From contig OZ286467.1 of the NCBI GenBank assembly GCA_965644265.1, forward strand, positions 37,324,001-37,388,000: DNA of 64,000 nt. The letters are read 5' to 3'. The stretch is from Glycera tridactyla (Eukaryota). Under the pieces are notes generated by a model, which searched no databases, was not told the origin of the DNA, and saw only the letters and a list, made by a program, of their open reading frames with translations. A program made the position numbers and the translations under genes. Below, piece by piece: positions 29,291 through 43,000 of this stretch. Within the stretch, counting starts at the first letter, position 1; each line of letters starts with the position of its first letter.

Positions 29291-32200
29291 GGAGGGGGGG
29301 GGTCACAGACATCTGATTATCATAATAATATTCAAAGTTATCATAATGATGATATTGATAAGAAACATGATGGTGATGAGATAATGAAGATATTTTGAGA
29401 TTATAAACATCATCGCTCTCCTGATTGAAGTGGTGAACTTAGGTAAGACTTGAATGAAACCAAAAACATCATCAAACTGGCTTTTGTCTGAAACAAAATC
29501 TACACATCTTGAAGAGTGAATTCTTCCATATTCTATCAATGAACAGAGGACAGTTTCAAAGAACAGTTTGGAATGGCACCTATGCTCAATAAGAGGTGAA
29601 AGCTTGTTAGCAAACTACTATTGGCAGATACTTCAAAGATGCCCTACATCACTGCAAATTATTCAAAACTCACTGACTCTAGTCAACTGTAAAGTTGTGG
29701 AGAATTTTTGGATGATATACTTCATGGTGTCAGTATCATAAATGTAGGGGGCTCACATGGAGGAGCTTTGTGGGGATGAAGCGGCTCAATAGCCATTACC
29801 TCAGCAGTTGTAACATTCAGCCATCACCTGAGGATGTTATGCAAGCTTGCAGACCCTTAGCCACAAGCTACACCTTTAATGAGCAGGGTACAATGACACC
29901 ATGGGTAAGCTCTGAACCCCTTCCACGCCAACTTCAACAATTTCATGGATGCCAACCTCTGATGGACAAATAGTAGCAGTGCCAATTTCAAAGAGTAGTA
30001 GGGACAGTAATTGCAATAGAATAATAGGAAAATTCCTAATTTTTCAGAGTAGCATCAAATGCAAAATGAGAGAATCTTGTCATCGAAATAGTAAATGCTA
30101 CTCCAAAATCGTAGCAGTTGGCATCTCTGCAATTTCTGAAAATCTGAGCTATATTCAATGGTTGTTATAGAGAGGTGAAGAAGAGATTCACTCACGAAAT
30201 ATTTGCTACGGATTACTAGAACAACTTTCGAATGTTTCATAGGACTGTGGTATTGAGATTTACTCCAGCAGCAATAGAAAGTACAGTCAACCCTGCTCGA
30301 GAGACCACCTCTCTATTAAGGCAGCCAACATACAAAGGCCACTTTTTGCGACCTAAGGTTGGCCTTTATAGATAGATTCAACTGTGTTTTATTGTACAAA
30401 AGGGTAGACATTACACATGCACATAGGCAGTTATGTGTCGACAAACACATGTTTGATAAATTCAAAACAAAAAGCTGATCATCAACATTCATCAGCTGAA
30501 AAATAGCACAAGACTGAAGATCCATTGGTGAAAAATAAATATCTCGTCAAGATCTCACTTCTAACAATATGCATAGTTGAGCAGACTTTTCAGCGGGTGT
30601 CTTATCTCAAATGATTCATATTGGGTATCGAAGTCCCTAAACTGGGGACCTGTTTACCCAGCTGGTCTGGTCCCATGTTTCATCTGACTTTCAAATGTAC
30701 GGAGCAAGTGATTCCCCAGTGGGACTCTTCTAATCTGATCTCCTGTCTGACATTCGGCCTTAACTTGGGATGTTATTGACCCATTCTATTGGGCGAACCT
30801 CCCGAGATATGACCAGGCTCAGCTGTTTGTATCTTTTACATCAGTTTGTGTAGACCGAGTGTCCCTTTAATACAGGCTGCAGATGAGCACCAACAGACAT
30901 AATCACTCAGTCTCAGCACTCAAATTTTGACACATTTTTGCAACTTTTGATCAAATTTGAGTCAGCAAGATGAAAATATGTATTTGCTGTAACCATCGAC
31001 TGTCGAGTATAATTTTTTGGCATCAGTCGGTCGGTTGGTCAGTGTCTTAGTCTCGGTCTCAGTCTGCTCTTGCTCTCGCTCTCGCTCTCACTCTTGTTGT
31101 CTTCAATAATCAACATCACCCACACATTGTGTTGAAGTGGATGGGTCTCATCATAAATAGGGACTTTTTGTATGGAAGACAAGAAATTTTACCACTGAGT
31201 TGGATACTACTGATTTGTTACATAAACTAGGCAGAGTATGACACATTTCCACACGGAATTACTGAGTCCTGGATATGAAAACAAAGGAAAACTGACCTAA
31301 ATATGACATGGAAGATCGGGGAGAGTTGATGTAAAATGGAAAAACTGGTAGTGAAGCTGACCCCGCGATCTTCCCCAACAGGAAATGAGAAAGACAGCTG
31401 TGGAAGGTGTCGGTGGAAACAGCAACTGTTTGTGAATGCAGGATGCTATCCAGGCACAGCCATCAACACCATCATCATCTATCTTGATGCTATTTCTGTC
31501 TCACCTTCATACATAGTAACTTACTCATTGCAGGTTTCACTCTATCTATCCTCTAATGTTAAGTAGTTGCACTAATAGGTTGAACAGTACACCATATTCT
31601 AAGAACTGAACACAGGTGACTTTTAACCACACCTTCAATTTAAGAAACTATGCGCACAAACACAAGTACAACAACTCGCACTTAAAGCTTCAACTTTTTT
31701 AGTTCATTCCTAGTTGAAAGAGATTCCCTTGAGACTAGAATACTTATGTGGTGTCGTGTAAGAATCGATGAGGCCAGAGGCTTCAACATCTGACAGAGGG
31801 AATGACTACAATATGGATTTGACTGGGGCTATGTTGATCCCCAGCATGTCAGACTGAGTCTGAAAGCTGGCCGACTTCTGAGAGATTCTGTCAAAATGTT
31901 TGTACTTGAGTGACATAGCAGGGCAGACCTGAGTGATGGGCCCATGGCTAATTGGACCCACAGTAGCCAGACACTGATGTTGCTGTCTCTACTGTTGCTG
32001 TTGCTGCTGTTGTTGCTGATACCTCTCCTGTTGCTGCTTCTGCTGCTACTATTACAGTTGTTGCTTTTGCTGCAATTTATAGCATGCCCCACTCAAAATA
32101 GTTTCCAGCTGACCAGAACAGAACATTGTCACAACTAGCCTGTTTAACTGGTAGCTACCTTGCATCTTGCACCTAGGGATACATACAACAAGGTTGCATC

Positions 32201-34514
32201 CAGAGGGGGCATGGGGGCATTTCACATATTACATCCACTGTGTGCCCCTTTTCAACGCAATCAGGGACCAAAATGCCCCCTGAATTGAAAAGGATGCTGC
32301 ACTTTTTCATTCTAAGTGAACCTTTCTCAAATTTCAGGGGAAAAATGCCCCCAATTTTGGAAATCCTGGATGCAACCCTGCTACGGGCTGTTCATTCGAA
32401 GAAAGCTTTGCTTACCAGCCAAGTGATATGAGCTGATATCATGTTCACTCATAACGCAAGGGCCAAAAGAATTGAGCTATATAATAATGGAAGCCTCGTG
32501 AATCAATCTCATGTCAACATGGTGACACTGGTTAACATTCTTTATTCTAGTAATGAAACATTGATTGTCTGTGGATTCTATAAATAAAATATATGAGGAG
32601 ATTCTTCTCAGATCACGTGATCTCACTCCAACTTCCGGGTCACGTGATCAAGCAACAGCAAACATGCAGTTGCCATTGGCTGAAGAGGAAATGCGGATGC
32701 ATTCAGAACACTTCGTCAAGAAACTTGAATCTACGAGAATCTACCTCTCAACAAGAATTTTATCAATTTTCACTTCTTGTTGGGACCTGGAAGGAGTAGT
32801 TTTGAATAGTACCACTCATGCCCATTGTATGGGGGTCTCAGTTTAGCACAAATGGTGTTCATGGGACATAAAACGATCAACCATTCAGCCATTGCATTCC
32901 AAATTGAAACAGTCAATGGATGAATAAATTTGGGTGAAGTACCAGCTGATTNNNNNNNNNNNNNNNNNNNNNNNNNNNNNNNNNNNNNNNNNNNNNNNNN
33001 NNNNNNNNNNNNNNNNNNNNNNNNNNNNNNNNNNNNNNNNNNNNNNNNNNNNNNNNNNNNNNNNNNNNNNNNNNNNNNNNNNNNNNNNNNNNAAAGTTCA
33101 AGATCAAGAGATCAGATAACCCACCACTCCTACTAATAATTTATTAGAAATGTCTCTCTCCCACCATGGCAGGATTTTTTACTCAACTTTCAGTGACCTA
33201 GATGTTGCTTTTACCACAAGACACTCAGAGTGAGACTTTTTACTGAACCACAATCACCTCATAATCCTGGGCGAGTATCCAGATCTTGAAAGTCCTTGAA
33301 TACTTGAAAATGAATCATTTCCTCAAGATTACCCCTGAGGCAACTAATGTGGTTTTCATATACAGGTAGCCTTCCCAGCAAATTTTGATGTTAACACCCA
33401 CCTACTGACTCTCTCATCCACCCAACCACCCTTTCCCTCATCCATCCATCCATCCATCCTCCTTTCCCTATCCATACCTTCTTACAGGTATCACATATCC
33501 ATTTCATGGAGGAACAATACTCAATGCATCAGTTATCAACATGGGCTGAGAAAATTGAACAACAGAAGCAGCGTTAGAAACAGACCTTCAAGTCTGACTA
33601 TATGTGAAATTTGATGGATATTATAGTCTCGATTGTAACATGCTGTCTTTGCCAAATAAAAGTATCATTTAGTCACTGGTGTCGTCGTTGTCATTATCAT
33701 ATCTCCATCATCCATCCACACTAAAATCTTGAATATAATTTTCCAACATCCCTTTGAAGCATGAACTACTTTCAAATGCTTCTTATGCTGAGGTTTATTG
33801 GACGGAGTTATAGCCCAACCGAGTGAACTATGACCCAAAATCATAATGGATGGCATTTCTGTGGACATGGCTCCTCGAGGATTCACAGCTATTTCTCTAG
33901 TGTGAAATTCTGAACAAGTATGGGAAGCTCCAGCCTTTACGGTACCTACGGATAAAACCCACAAACATGCAATACTCAGGAGACAAATACATTCTCACAT
34001 TCTGCAGTAAACTGCACTCGGGAGGGATTCTTAGGAGATTAGTGCATGCCCGGTGCAATGCTGCCGCGGAATGTAGCCCACAAATGATGAAAAATCACGT
34101 GAGAGAATATTCTCTGCTGTTTGTGTTCAGGCAACAATACTACAAGCTCTGTGTTCTCATAGTGGTCATAGAAAGAATGCAACAGATATGTGTGATTTCT
34201 TGTACCATGTGATTCCTAGCATGGCGTGATTTCTGGCATGGCACGCTTTCACATATAATACGCTTTCACATATAATACGGAGTAAAACCACGGACTTATC
34301 TAAGTCACAAATCAGGAGATCATAGCACCATATCTGCATCATATTCAAAGGAAACACTGAAGGGTGGGGCCACAGAGCTCACTTGATACAGGATGGGTAA
34401 TATGAATTTCTTTTAAAATGATATATAGATATACTTCCACTTCACACAAGTACAAGTGATTCTCAAGTACGAAAAGAAACTGATCCTTGGATAACAAATG
34501 GAATGTATGTTGGT

Positions 34515-34596
<82 letters not shown>

Positions 34597-37500
34597 CTGC
34601 ATTAACATGTGCGCATGCACTCTTCCATTCATAAGTTATCAGCTCTGTTCAAGACATGTATGTAAAGAATACTCTAGCCTGGGAAGATATGGTGGAATGT
34701 ACCAAGTCTGGGTCACACACAGATATGATGGCCTACAAACATAATGGAAGCAACCACACAAAAACAGACATAATTTTATAGTTTATAACATATTGAAATA
34801 TTTATCTTCAAATTACATTCCAACATAATCCGAAACATTTGAATGTTGCTTCTCTATGGTAGAGCTTGAGTAAATCTTCTGTTAACATGACATCACCATA
34901 TATGTCCAACTGCTGAGTCAAAAGACAACCCACAAAAATGTTTCATCCATCTGAAGGTTTGAATGGGACTTCTAGTTTTGTTTATTTTATTTAACCACAA
35001 CTATGTCAAGGATGGGTTCCACTAGAGCTGGGAAATGATGAAATCATAATCACTGGTATTTCTCAATATAAGTGAAAGGATCCATATATTAGAGAATACA
35101 TTCAAGTTAGGCCTTTTTTATTCTTAGTCCTCTCAAATTTGAATTCAGGACTGATTGATAGCATGATAAAGTGCCATGAGAACAAACGAAAATGAGTAGC
35201 TCTGCTTGAAGGACTACCTCCGGATGAAGACTTCCTATAAAAACCAGTCCAAGCAATAACCACACTGGTATTCCATACAGTGACCAAATTGTCTAGAGAC
35301 CATCTGTCTATGGTCACTTTTTCACATGATCACCAGTAGTTTCCGTGGACCCGTTTTATTGTAGATTATGATAAGCACATTTCATGTGAATATACATATA
35401 TACTACTGTCGCCAATGAGATTAAAGTTTTGTCATTCTGTCATTGTACCATTCTTCTGTAAAACTATACATAGTGCAAACTTCAAAAAGTTTGAAAAAGA
35501 AAAGAAGAAAAGAAACTGTATACTCACATCATTAACTGCCAAGGATTGCATACTAATATTATACACATAGTTTCTGAAATCAGAAAATGTACACGAATTC
35601 ATAAGTCAAGGAATCAGAAAACATGCAGCAACATTTGAGGAAGAAAATTGCAAACAAAGACTTTCTGGAGGGAAATGACCTATTTTGTTCATCCACATTT
35701 GGAAATTCCTCTGAAAATGACATCTTATAAAGACATATGTGTTTATGATGCCTATAACAAAACATCATCTTGAGATATGTAAGGAACATCAAACAAACGG
35801 TATATTCATGTAGACAGACAAATAGATTCACATTTGAGATGTAACCAAATTATTAATTCATCATTGTTTCCATTTGACAGAGTAAAATATGCCTCTGAAG
35901 AGAAATCAACCATTTTCTAAGACCACTTTTCACTGCGATTTTGCCAGCGAGGCAAGCCATCAGCTGCACGTACTTGCAATTTGTCAAGGGCAAGACACAC
36001 AATCTTCACCTTATTTAACCATTGCTCCATACAGCAAGGTCAAACAACTTGACTTCAAAAGCACAAAGTTTACCTAGTAAGCAATTAAAACTCCGTCATT
36101 AACACTTTCATTTGTAAGTATCCTTTTCCAATAGTGCTTAATGTTCGTGTTTATACTATATCTGAGTTATACAGAGTGAACTGAGCAGGTAGCATTGACT
36201 ATTCCCAATCCCATGTACATGCATGTATTCCATTCAATCGAAAAAAAATGAGTGGTTTATCCACAGAAGAAATGAAAGATATAATAACCAGGGATGATTC
36301 TGGCAAATTGCAAATGTTAATAACGAAGAATGGGACTATGCCTGACATTTCGCCTTGTCGTCATTTCTTCATTAAAGAGGTGTGAATGAAGAGGTTACTA
36401 TATTTAGCTCAGAGCAGGAAAATGTAATGAGCTTTCTACATGATCAGCAAGTAACATACCACACAGTAATTGTAGCTCAAATACACCATCCCTCACACAC
36501 ACAACCACCCACCCACTCATCCCCCCCCCCTCCCACCCACACACACACACCATCCCTCATCCTCACACATGTCCAATGCAAGACCTCATTCTGGTTAACC
36601 CCCATCTACCAATGAAAGCACCGTGTATGAAGCTTGATATTTGGTACATCATCCAAATAATTTTGATTTAAAAGCCTGTCATGTGGTATAATCCCTGAAA
36701 CTGAGTGTGTGTGCGGGCGCGTGATGAAAGTAGGCAGCCTACAGATTTCCTGAAACTTAGGTAAATTTTCTGAACATATCTTAATAAATTTCCAAAAGCT
36801 GCATGTCTCATCAGTTGGGTCCCAATCCAACAATTTTCATACTCAGCGCTTGAAACTGAATTTCATGAATTCATATAATTTCTTGGAAACCTGCACCATG
36901 TGGAAGCCANNNNNNNNNNNNNNNNNNNNNNNNNNNNNNNNNNNNNNNNNNNNNNNNNNNNNNNNNNNNNNNNNNNNNNNNNNNNNNNNNNNNNNNNNNN
37001 NNNNNNNNNNNNNNNNNNNNNNNNNNNNNNNNNNNNNNNNNNNNNNNNNNNNTTTCAAGATTGAACTCATCAAATAGGCAAAGTTCTAGTCGACGCTGGC
37101 AAAGCATATGATCAGAAATGAGCAAGATGTCCAGAAATGTAATTAATGATAAGTAGTAATTAAGGCACGTGGTGTGCCAAGCCATATCTGGGATCGGGAT
37201 CCTCTCTGGCAGTTAATTACCACTGCTGATTAAGGTCGTGCCCTCACATTTTTCTAGGCAATGTGAAAGTTGCACTGATGGCTCCATTTCCCTGTGGTAT
37301 GTTTCACATAATATGATTGAAATAATCATTTCTACATATATCTCATTAATTATGGATTAATGATCCAGAATTAGATGAAGTGTCCTTCGTTTGGGATTAT
37401 GGGTATGCTGTATGATTAAAATAAGCAACAGGAGAAGGGTGAGAAATAGACACATTACACATGTATATGGATGCATTCACCACCCCCACCCCCANNNNNN

Positions 37501-39983
37501 NNNNNNNNNNNNNNNNNNNNNNNNNNNNNNNNNNNNNNNNNNNNNNNNNNNNNNNNNNNNNNNNNNNNNNNNNNNNNNNNNNNNNNNNNNNNNNNNNNNN
37601 NNNNNNNNNNNNNNNNNNNNNNNNNNNNNNNNNNNNNNNNNNNNNNNNNNNNNNNNNNTTTTTTTTCTTCAGCTGTCCTTTCAGCCGGTGAAGTGTGATT
37701 TTTCACTTGTCCTCCCTGACATTTTCACCTTCCCTTCTGCATATACTTTATAATGGTTAGGTACCTGAAATCACATGCCCTAACAACAAATCTGCCTGCC
37801 TGTGCCAGTAGGGCACTGAACATCCCACATCCTACATCCCCAAACACCCCCCCCCCCCCACACACACACACATCCAGCTGTGGCAGTCAGGTAGCACCTC
37901 TCAATGAAATCTAGGGTCATCAGCTGGCCAGGTTCCAGTGCCTGTTGACATTCAGGCCTTCCCCAAACATGCTCATATGGCTGCGGCCAGACCCTTGAGT
38001 CAACAGCTCTCTGGCTCATACCATTGTAATCCATCCACAACAAGATATTCTCCCTGTTCAATCAACAAATGAGGCTCCTTCCAATACTGTACTTTATTTG
38101 TATTCTTTACAACATGTATTGTACTATTCNNNNNNNNNNNNNNNNNNNNNNNNNNNNNNNNNNNNNNNNNNNNNNNNNNNNNNNNNNNNNNNNNNNNNNN
38201 NNNNNNNNNNNNNNNNNNNNNNNNNNNNNNNNNNNNNNNNNNNNNNNNNNNNNNNNNNNNNNNNNNNNNNNTGGAAAAGCTGCCCAAGAAGGTGGTCTCA
38301 TTGAGGGTCTCTCCTTGCGGGTTTCCTCTGTGTTCAGGTGTTAAGACCAAAACACATTGTGAAATTCGGATCGACATCAAGAAATACAGATTGTCAGATA
38401 AGAGTATTTGCAGGATCTGGCACATCAGTCATTGCAGGATCTGGCAGCCAGTCATTCTGTAAACCATCATGACAGATGGCAAAATAATCATAAGTGTGGT
38501 GGTTGACTGCCTCCGAGCAGATCCCACTTAAAATGCCAGCGGCTAAGATGCACCTCACTATAATGTGGAGAAGTGGAAGTCATAGTAACTGAGACCACCC
38601 ACTCAAGAACTTGAAACCCTCAGCTAATGAAACCACCCAGTCCTGATTTGTGGACTATAATTCATCATGTTGTGATCAGCGCGGAACATCAAGTGAAGAG
38701 CCTAGAGTTCAGATACACTGAAATCTGCGACCAGAGACCGCATTTAATATCACCAAAAAAAGTGGTCTCTCAATTCAGGTGGTCTCTCGTCGGAGGTATA
38801 TATGACTATGTCAAATAGAAAAGCTACCCTGAAAATGTGATCTCCAGTCAGAGGTCACAGGTTTCACTGTATTTAAAACTGAGCCAGCTCCTTACAGAGC
38901 TTCACCTGATCCCGATCCATGTATCTCAAATATTCCTGCCGGCTCTGTGGCTGTTTAATATGCATTGCTATCAGCATAAACATAAGATATTATATCTTGA
39001 GTAGGCCGCAGGATTTTCATATAATCCCAATACCTGTCGCATGATCATCTAAGGATAACACTGAGGGCAATGACATNNNNNNNNNNNNNNNNNNNNNNNN
39101 NNNNNNNNNNNNNNNNNNNNNNNNNNNNNNNNNNNNNNNNNNNNNNNNNNNNNNNNNNNNNNNNNNNNNNNNNNNNNNNNNNNNNNNNNNNNNNNNNNNN
39201 NNNNNNNNNNNNNNNNNNNNNNNNNNNNNNNNNNNNNNNNNNAACAGATTCATTTCACAGACCTGTTGATCTCAGGAATCTCGAGTAGAGCTACATAATT
39301 CAAGGTATTTCCAGGTTACACTGAATTGATCCCAAAGCATATCAATTTTGCAGGCATCTTCCTTCATTATGGATTCCATGCATAATTCCCACCACGTCAC
39401 TCCTAACGCTGAGGTACTTCAGAAACAATTTGTGCAGGAGTAAGTGAATTTATCGTCTATAATACTGGCCCGGTATGATGATGTGGAGATGAGTGAATGG
39501 TGATGACAGCCGTGAAAGGGGAGAAGCGGGCAACCCGGGGGAAACTGATAATTCAATCACACAGCAATTTCTCCAGCCCAGCATTGTGATGTTTGGAATG
39601 CAGTCTGGAATGTAATCAATCCCTGACCAAGCCAGAAAAAGTTATCTGATACCCGAATCCAATCCAGTATGAGGCATGAGGAGCAGCTGGAATTTCCCAT
39701 ATTTATTCCCGATTTGGTGCAATTTGTGCAGATCCAACCGGATGCAAACTTGAGGAGTTTCTACCTTCAAGAATAGAAATGCCAGGTTCTAGCTTGTAAA
39801 GAGATAATGGAATTTTACTGCATGAAGAAATATTCAAAGCCACTTGTACATCTCATGAAAATGGAACAAATGCAGTACATTCCAAAAGCCTGATCTGCAT
39901 GCAATTGAGCTGCATATTCTTCGTAGTTTTGACAGAGAGACAGACAGACAGATGCATATATGCATACACACACGCACACACAC

Positions 39984-40031
<48 letters not shown>

Positions 40032-43000
40032 GAGAATCAAGCCACACTAGGGCTGCATTTGTATATCTTTCACTGCAGTTTTAATGTGTTATTCACCGCC
40101 ATTTCAGCTTCCCGAGGTGTGAATTTGTGGTAACGAGATGTTTGCAGAACAAATGTCTGTCAATAATCATCAAGCTCCCATTTGTATCATCCTATTTGGC
40201 AAACATCAAACATTCAACGCAAAACATTGGGCTAAGTGACTCCACAACCATTAAATCGATTCCAATCATCTCACATTGGAGAGGTAATGAGCAATAAACA
40301 CTAACAATGCAATACTAATTATACATGCTACGGAGATGGAAATTACATGGAAACTACGATCAGCACAGGAATCAGGATATTTCCACTCAGGATGCACCCC
40401 CCTTGACATCCAAGTGAGTCACTCTCCTGGTTGTGGTGGATATGGCAGACAGTAACAGACAGACCAACAGGCAGACATACCCCAACAAGAGATCACCACT
40501 GGTGGGCCTATCTCTAAGGGCAGCCTTCTTTTATCTAACATGCAAATCCACGTCTGGCAGACAGACAGACAAACAGACAGCCTGGGGATCAGGAGTCTCT
40601 CATGGCTTGTTTTCACAGATGTCAGGCCTACTTTGTATTGTGAAAAATGGGATACATCACCCCCTACGGCTGATTTTGTTGCTGATCTTGTGATGATCGA
40701 TCTTTTGTCAAATGATCCAACCCGATCAATAGGCATTGAATCCCATTCAACAATGGCCAACCTGAGCAACGAGTGAGCAATCCACAACCAGTCTGCATCC
40801 AGATATAATATTAAACAATCCAGACGATTCTTCAACACTTGTATGATCCTCCGTAAATCCATTATTCGTGGATCAACTTAATCATAACCTATACTAAGTG
40901 CGTATTCTGAAGTAGCACCCACAACAACCTAGAGTATGGAGCACAATTTCTTGTGATAAGCTACCATTTTTCCAGAATACTTTGCAAATACACTGGTAAC
41001 CAGCAAGCATCTGTATGATGAATTCATGGTGCTAACTAATCACAGGTGCCCCTGTGGAAGAGCAAATGGTAATTTATTTGCTTGCAATGTATATATGACC
41101 TCAGTTGCAATAAACATTCAGTGGTGCAAATGTAATGGAAAGAGTATTTCAGAAATATGATTGAATTTCTTGAACAATCTCCCATATACTGTTCTGTCAA
41201 ATCATGAATGAATGCCTAAACGGAGAGATCATCGACTTCTTAAAATTCAAATTTTCATCCATTTCTCAAATTTGAAAGATTTTCAGTAAGTTGACTTCAC
41301 TGAACATTGGAGAACTCAATGGTGGAAGGTTTGAGATTTGAGATTGGTAGGGTCACATACTTGGCAGTCACCACGTCATTATATAATGTCACTTGAGAAT
41401 CGATGAATGACTAAATCTCCTGATGACCCGCTTGGTGACACTCAAACCTAAAGGTCAGATCTTGCCCTTTCAGAATAAATAGCCGGGATGTTCTCCACTT
41501 GGCAGGATGTTTTCAGTCTGGCATCATCTAATCTAGCTTGCATAACACTCCAGATAGACACACAATGAAGGTCATGATGAGACTATTTTAAGGAAAGAAT
41601 GACATCAAACTCAGCTACAAACAATCTACATTCAAACTTGTCATAAGCAAGACTTGTACTAAGCAAGAACTTGCCCTAGGCAACATGTTTTTGTTAATCC
41701 CATCACAGTATTTTCCACTATAATTGACCTGTACTAAGCATGAACTTGCTCTAAGCACACCATTTTTTCATGTCCCGAGGCTTCATGCTTAGGACAAGTT
41801 TGACTGTATCTCTCCCATGATTCCTATATGTTTCACCTATGCTCCCCTCATCAACCCAAAAAACTTCATTTTAACAGAAACTGCCATTTATGACCACTTT
41901 TCCTGTGCAGATTTTCTATCTGACATGGTCAAATATATCTTAGACAAGAGACCACCTCTTGATGGTGAAACAAGAGCATAACAAGAGGACCACTTCATCT
42001 CTGGGCCACCACCTCAACATCAATGGACATTGGTTCACAGAGGAAATGTCACCATCCTCCACCAAAAACTACAATGGTTTCAGAGAGGTGTGGCAGAAAC
42101 AGCCTTCATCTTCAAGACGGACCCCTCCCCCACTTGAATAAGGACCGGGCCAGGCATTTTCTCCCACCAATTCATCGAGAGAGATTCCAAGAGAGAGATT
42201 CCAACCACGTGATCTTGACGAGATCTGTCGGTCATGTGACAACCATACCAACCAGACGCAGAAGCCATCCGGACTTTCCATGAACCACAGCGAGTACTGT
42301 GAAAATTCATCCTCACAAGAGCATCAAAATTGTAGATGAGCCAAACCATTTACATATAAACATTGTGCTCTATCTACATTTATCTATGATTATATTCTGA
42401 TCGATCTGTGGAACCAATACATCCCCGGGAGATTTTTTATGGAAATTACAGACATAACACCTGTGCAAGCACTACCTACATGCCCGGATGCGAAACTTTC
42501 CCATGCACACACAACTTCAACACTTATGATTCATACTCCTGCAAATTCCAGAAGGGCTGCAATTCATGTTAGCTGATGCTTCAGAGGGCAAGAAATAGGA
42601 AAAAGCCTCCTTGCTCATGCTACCCCAAAATAACTGCCTTTAAAAAAGAATTAGAATTAGTTTCCTAAATGAAATGCATATGTACACACCAGCATACATG
42701 TGTGCATATAGGTTCTCTAGCAACTCAACATTTTTCATGGCATTTAATATTAATACTTAGAACACAACATTATAGACCAATAATGCGAGTGCCCAATATC
42801 ATCACATGTTAGCGGAGATTCAAATCCATGGGCAACCTTAGCTGAAATATCTCATTTTGATTCTGAACTGAATTCCTAAAATATATTTAAAAACACCTAC
42901 TAAAGTTATTCTTCATCACACCAATCTGTCTTGTAGGGGGTGGCCTTTGTGTGCAAGGACCTCCAAAGCAAGTTTGATAGCATACAGTCAGAACTTGTTC

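Noticed and set aside
31944-32138. Poly-Leu ORF resembling a signal peptide
   Set aside because: It is a translation of a degenerate CTG/TTG repeat on the strand opposite the gene, with no splice or domain support
34345-40084. ORFs with CVCVCV / HTHTHT tracts (also 58858-59259)
   Set aside because: These are translations of (CA/TG)n microsatellites
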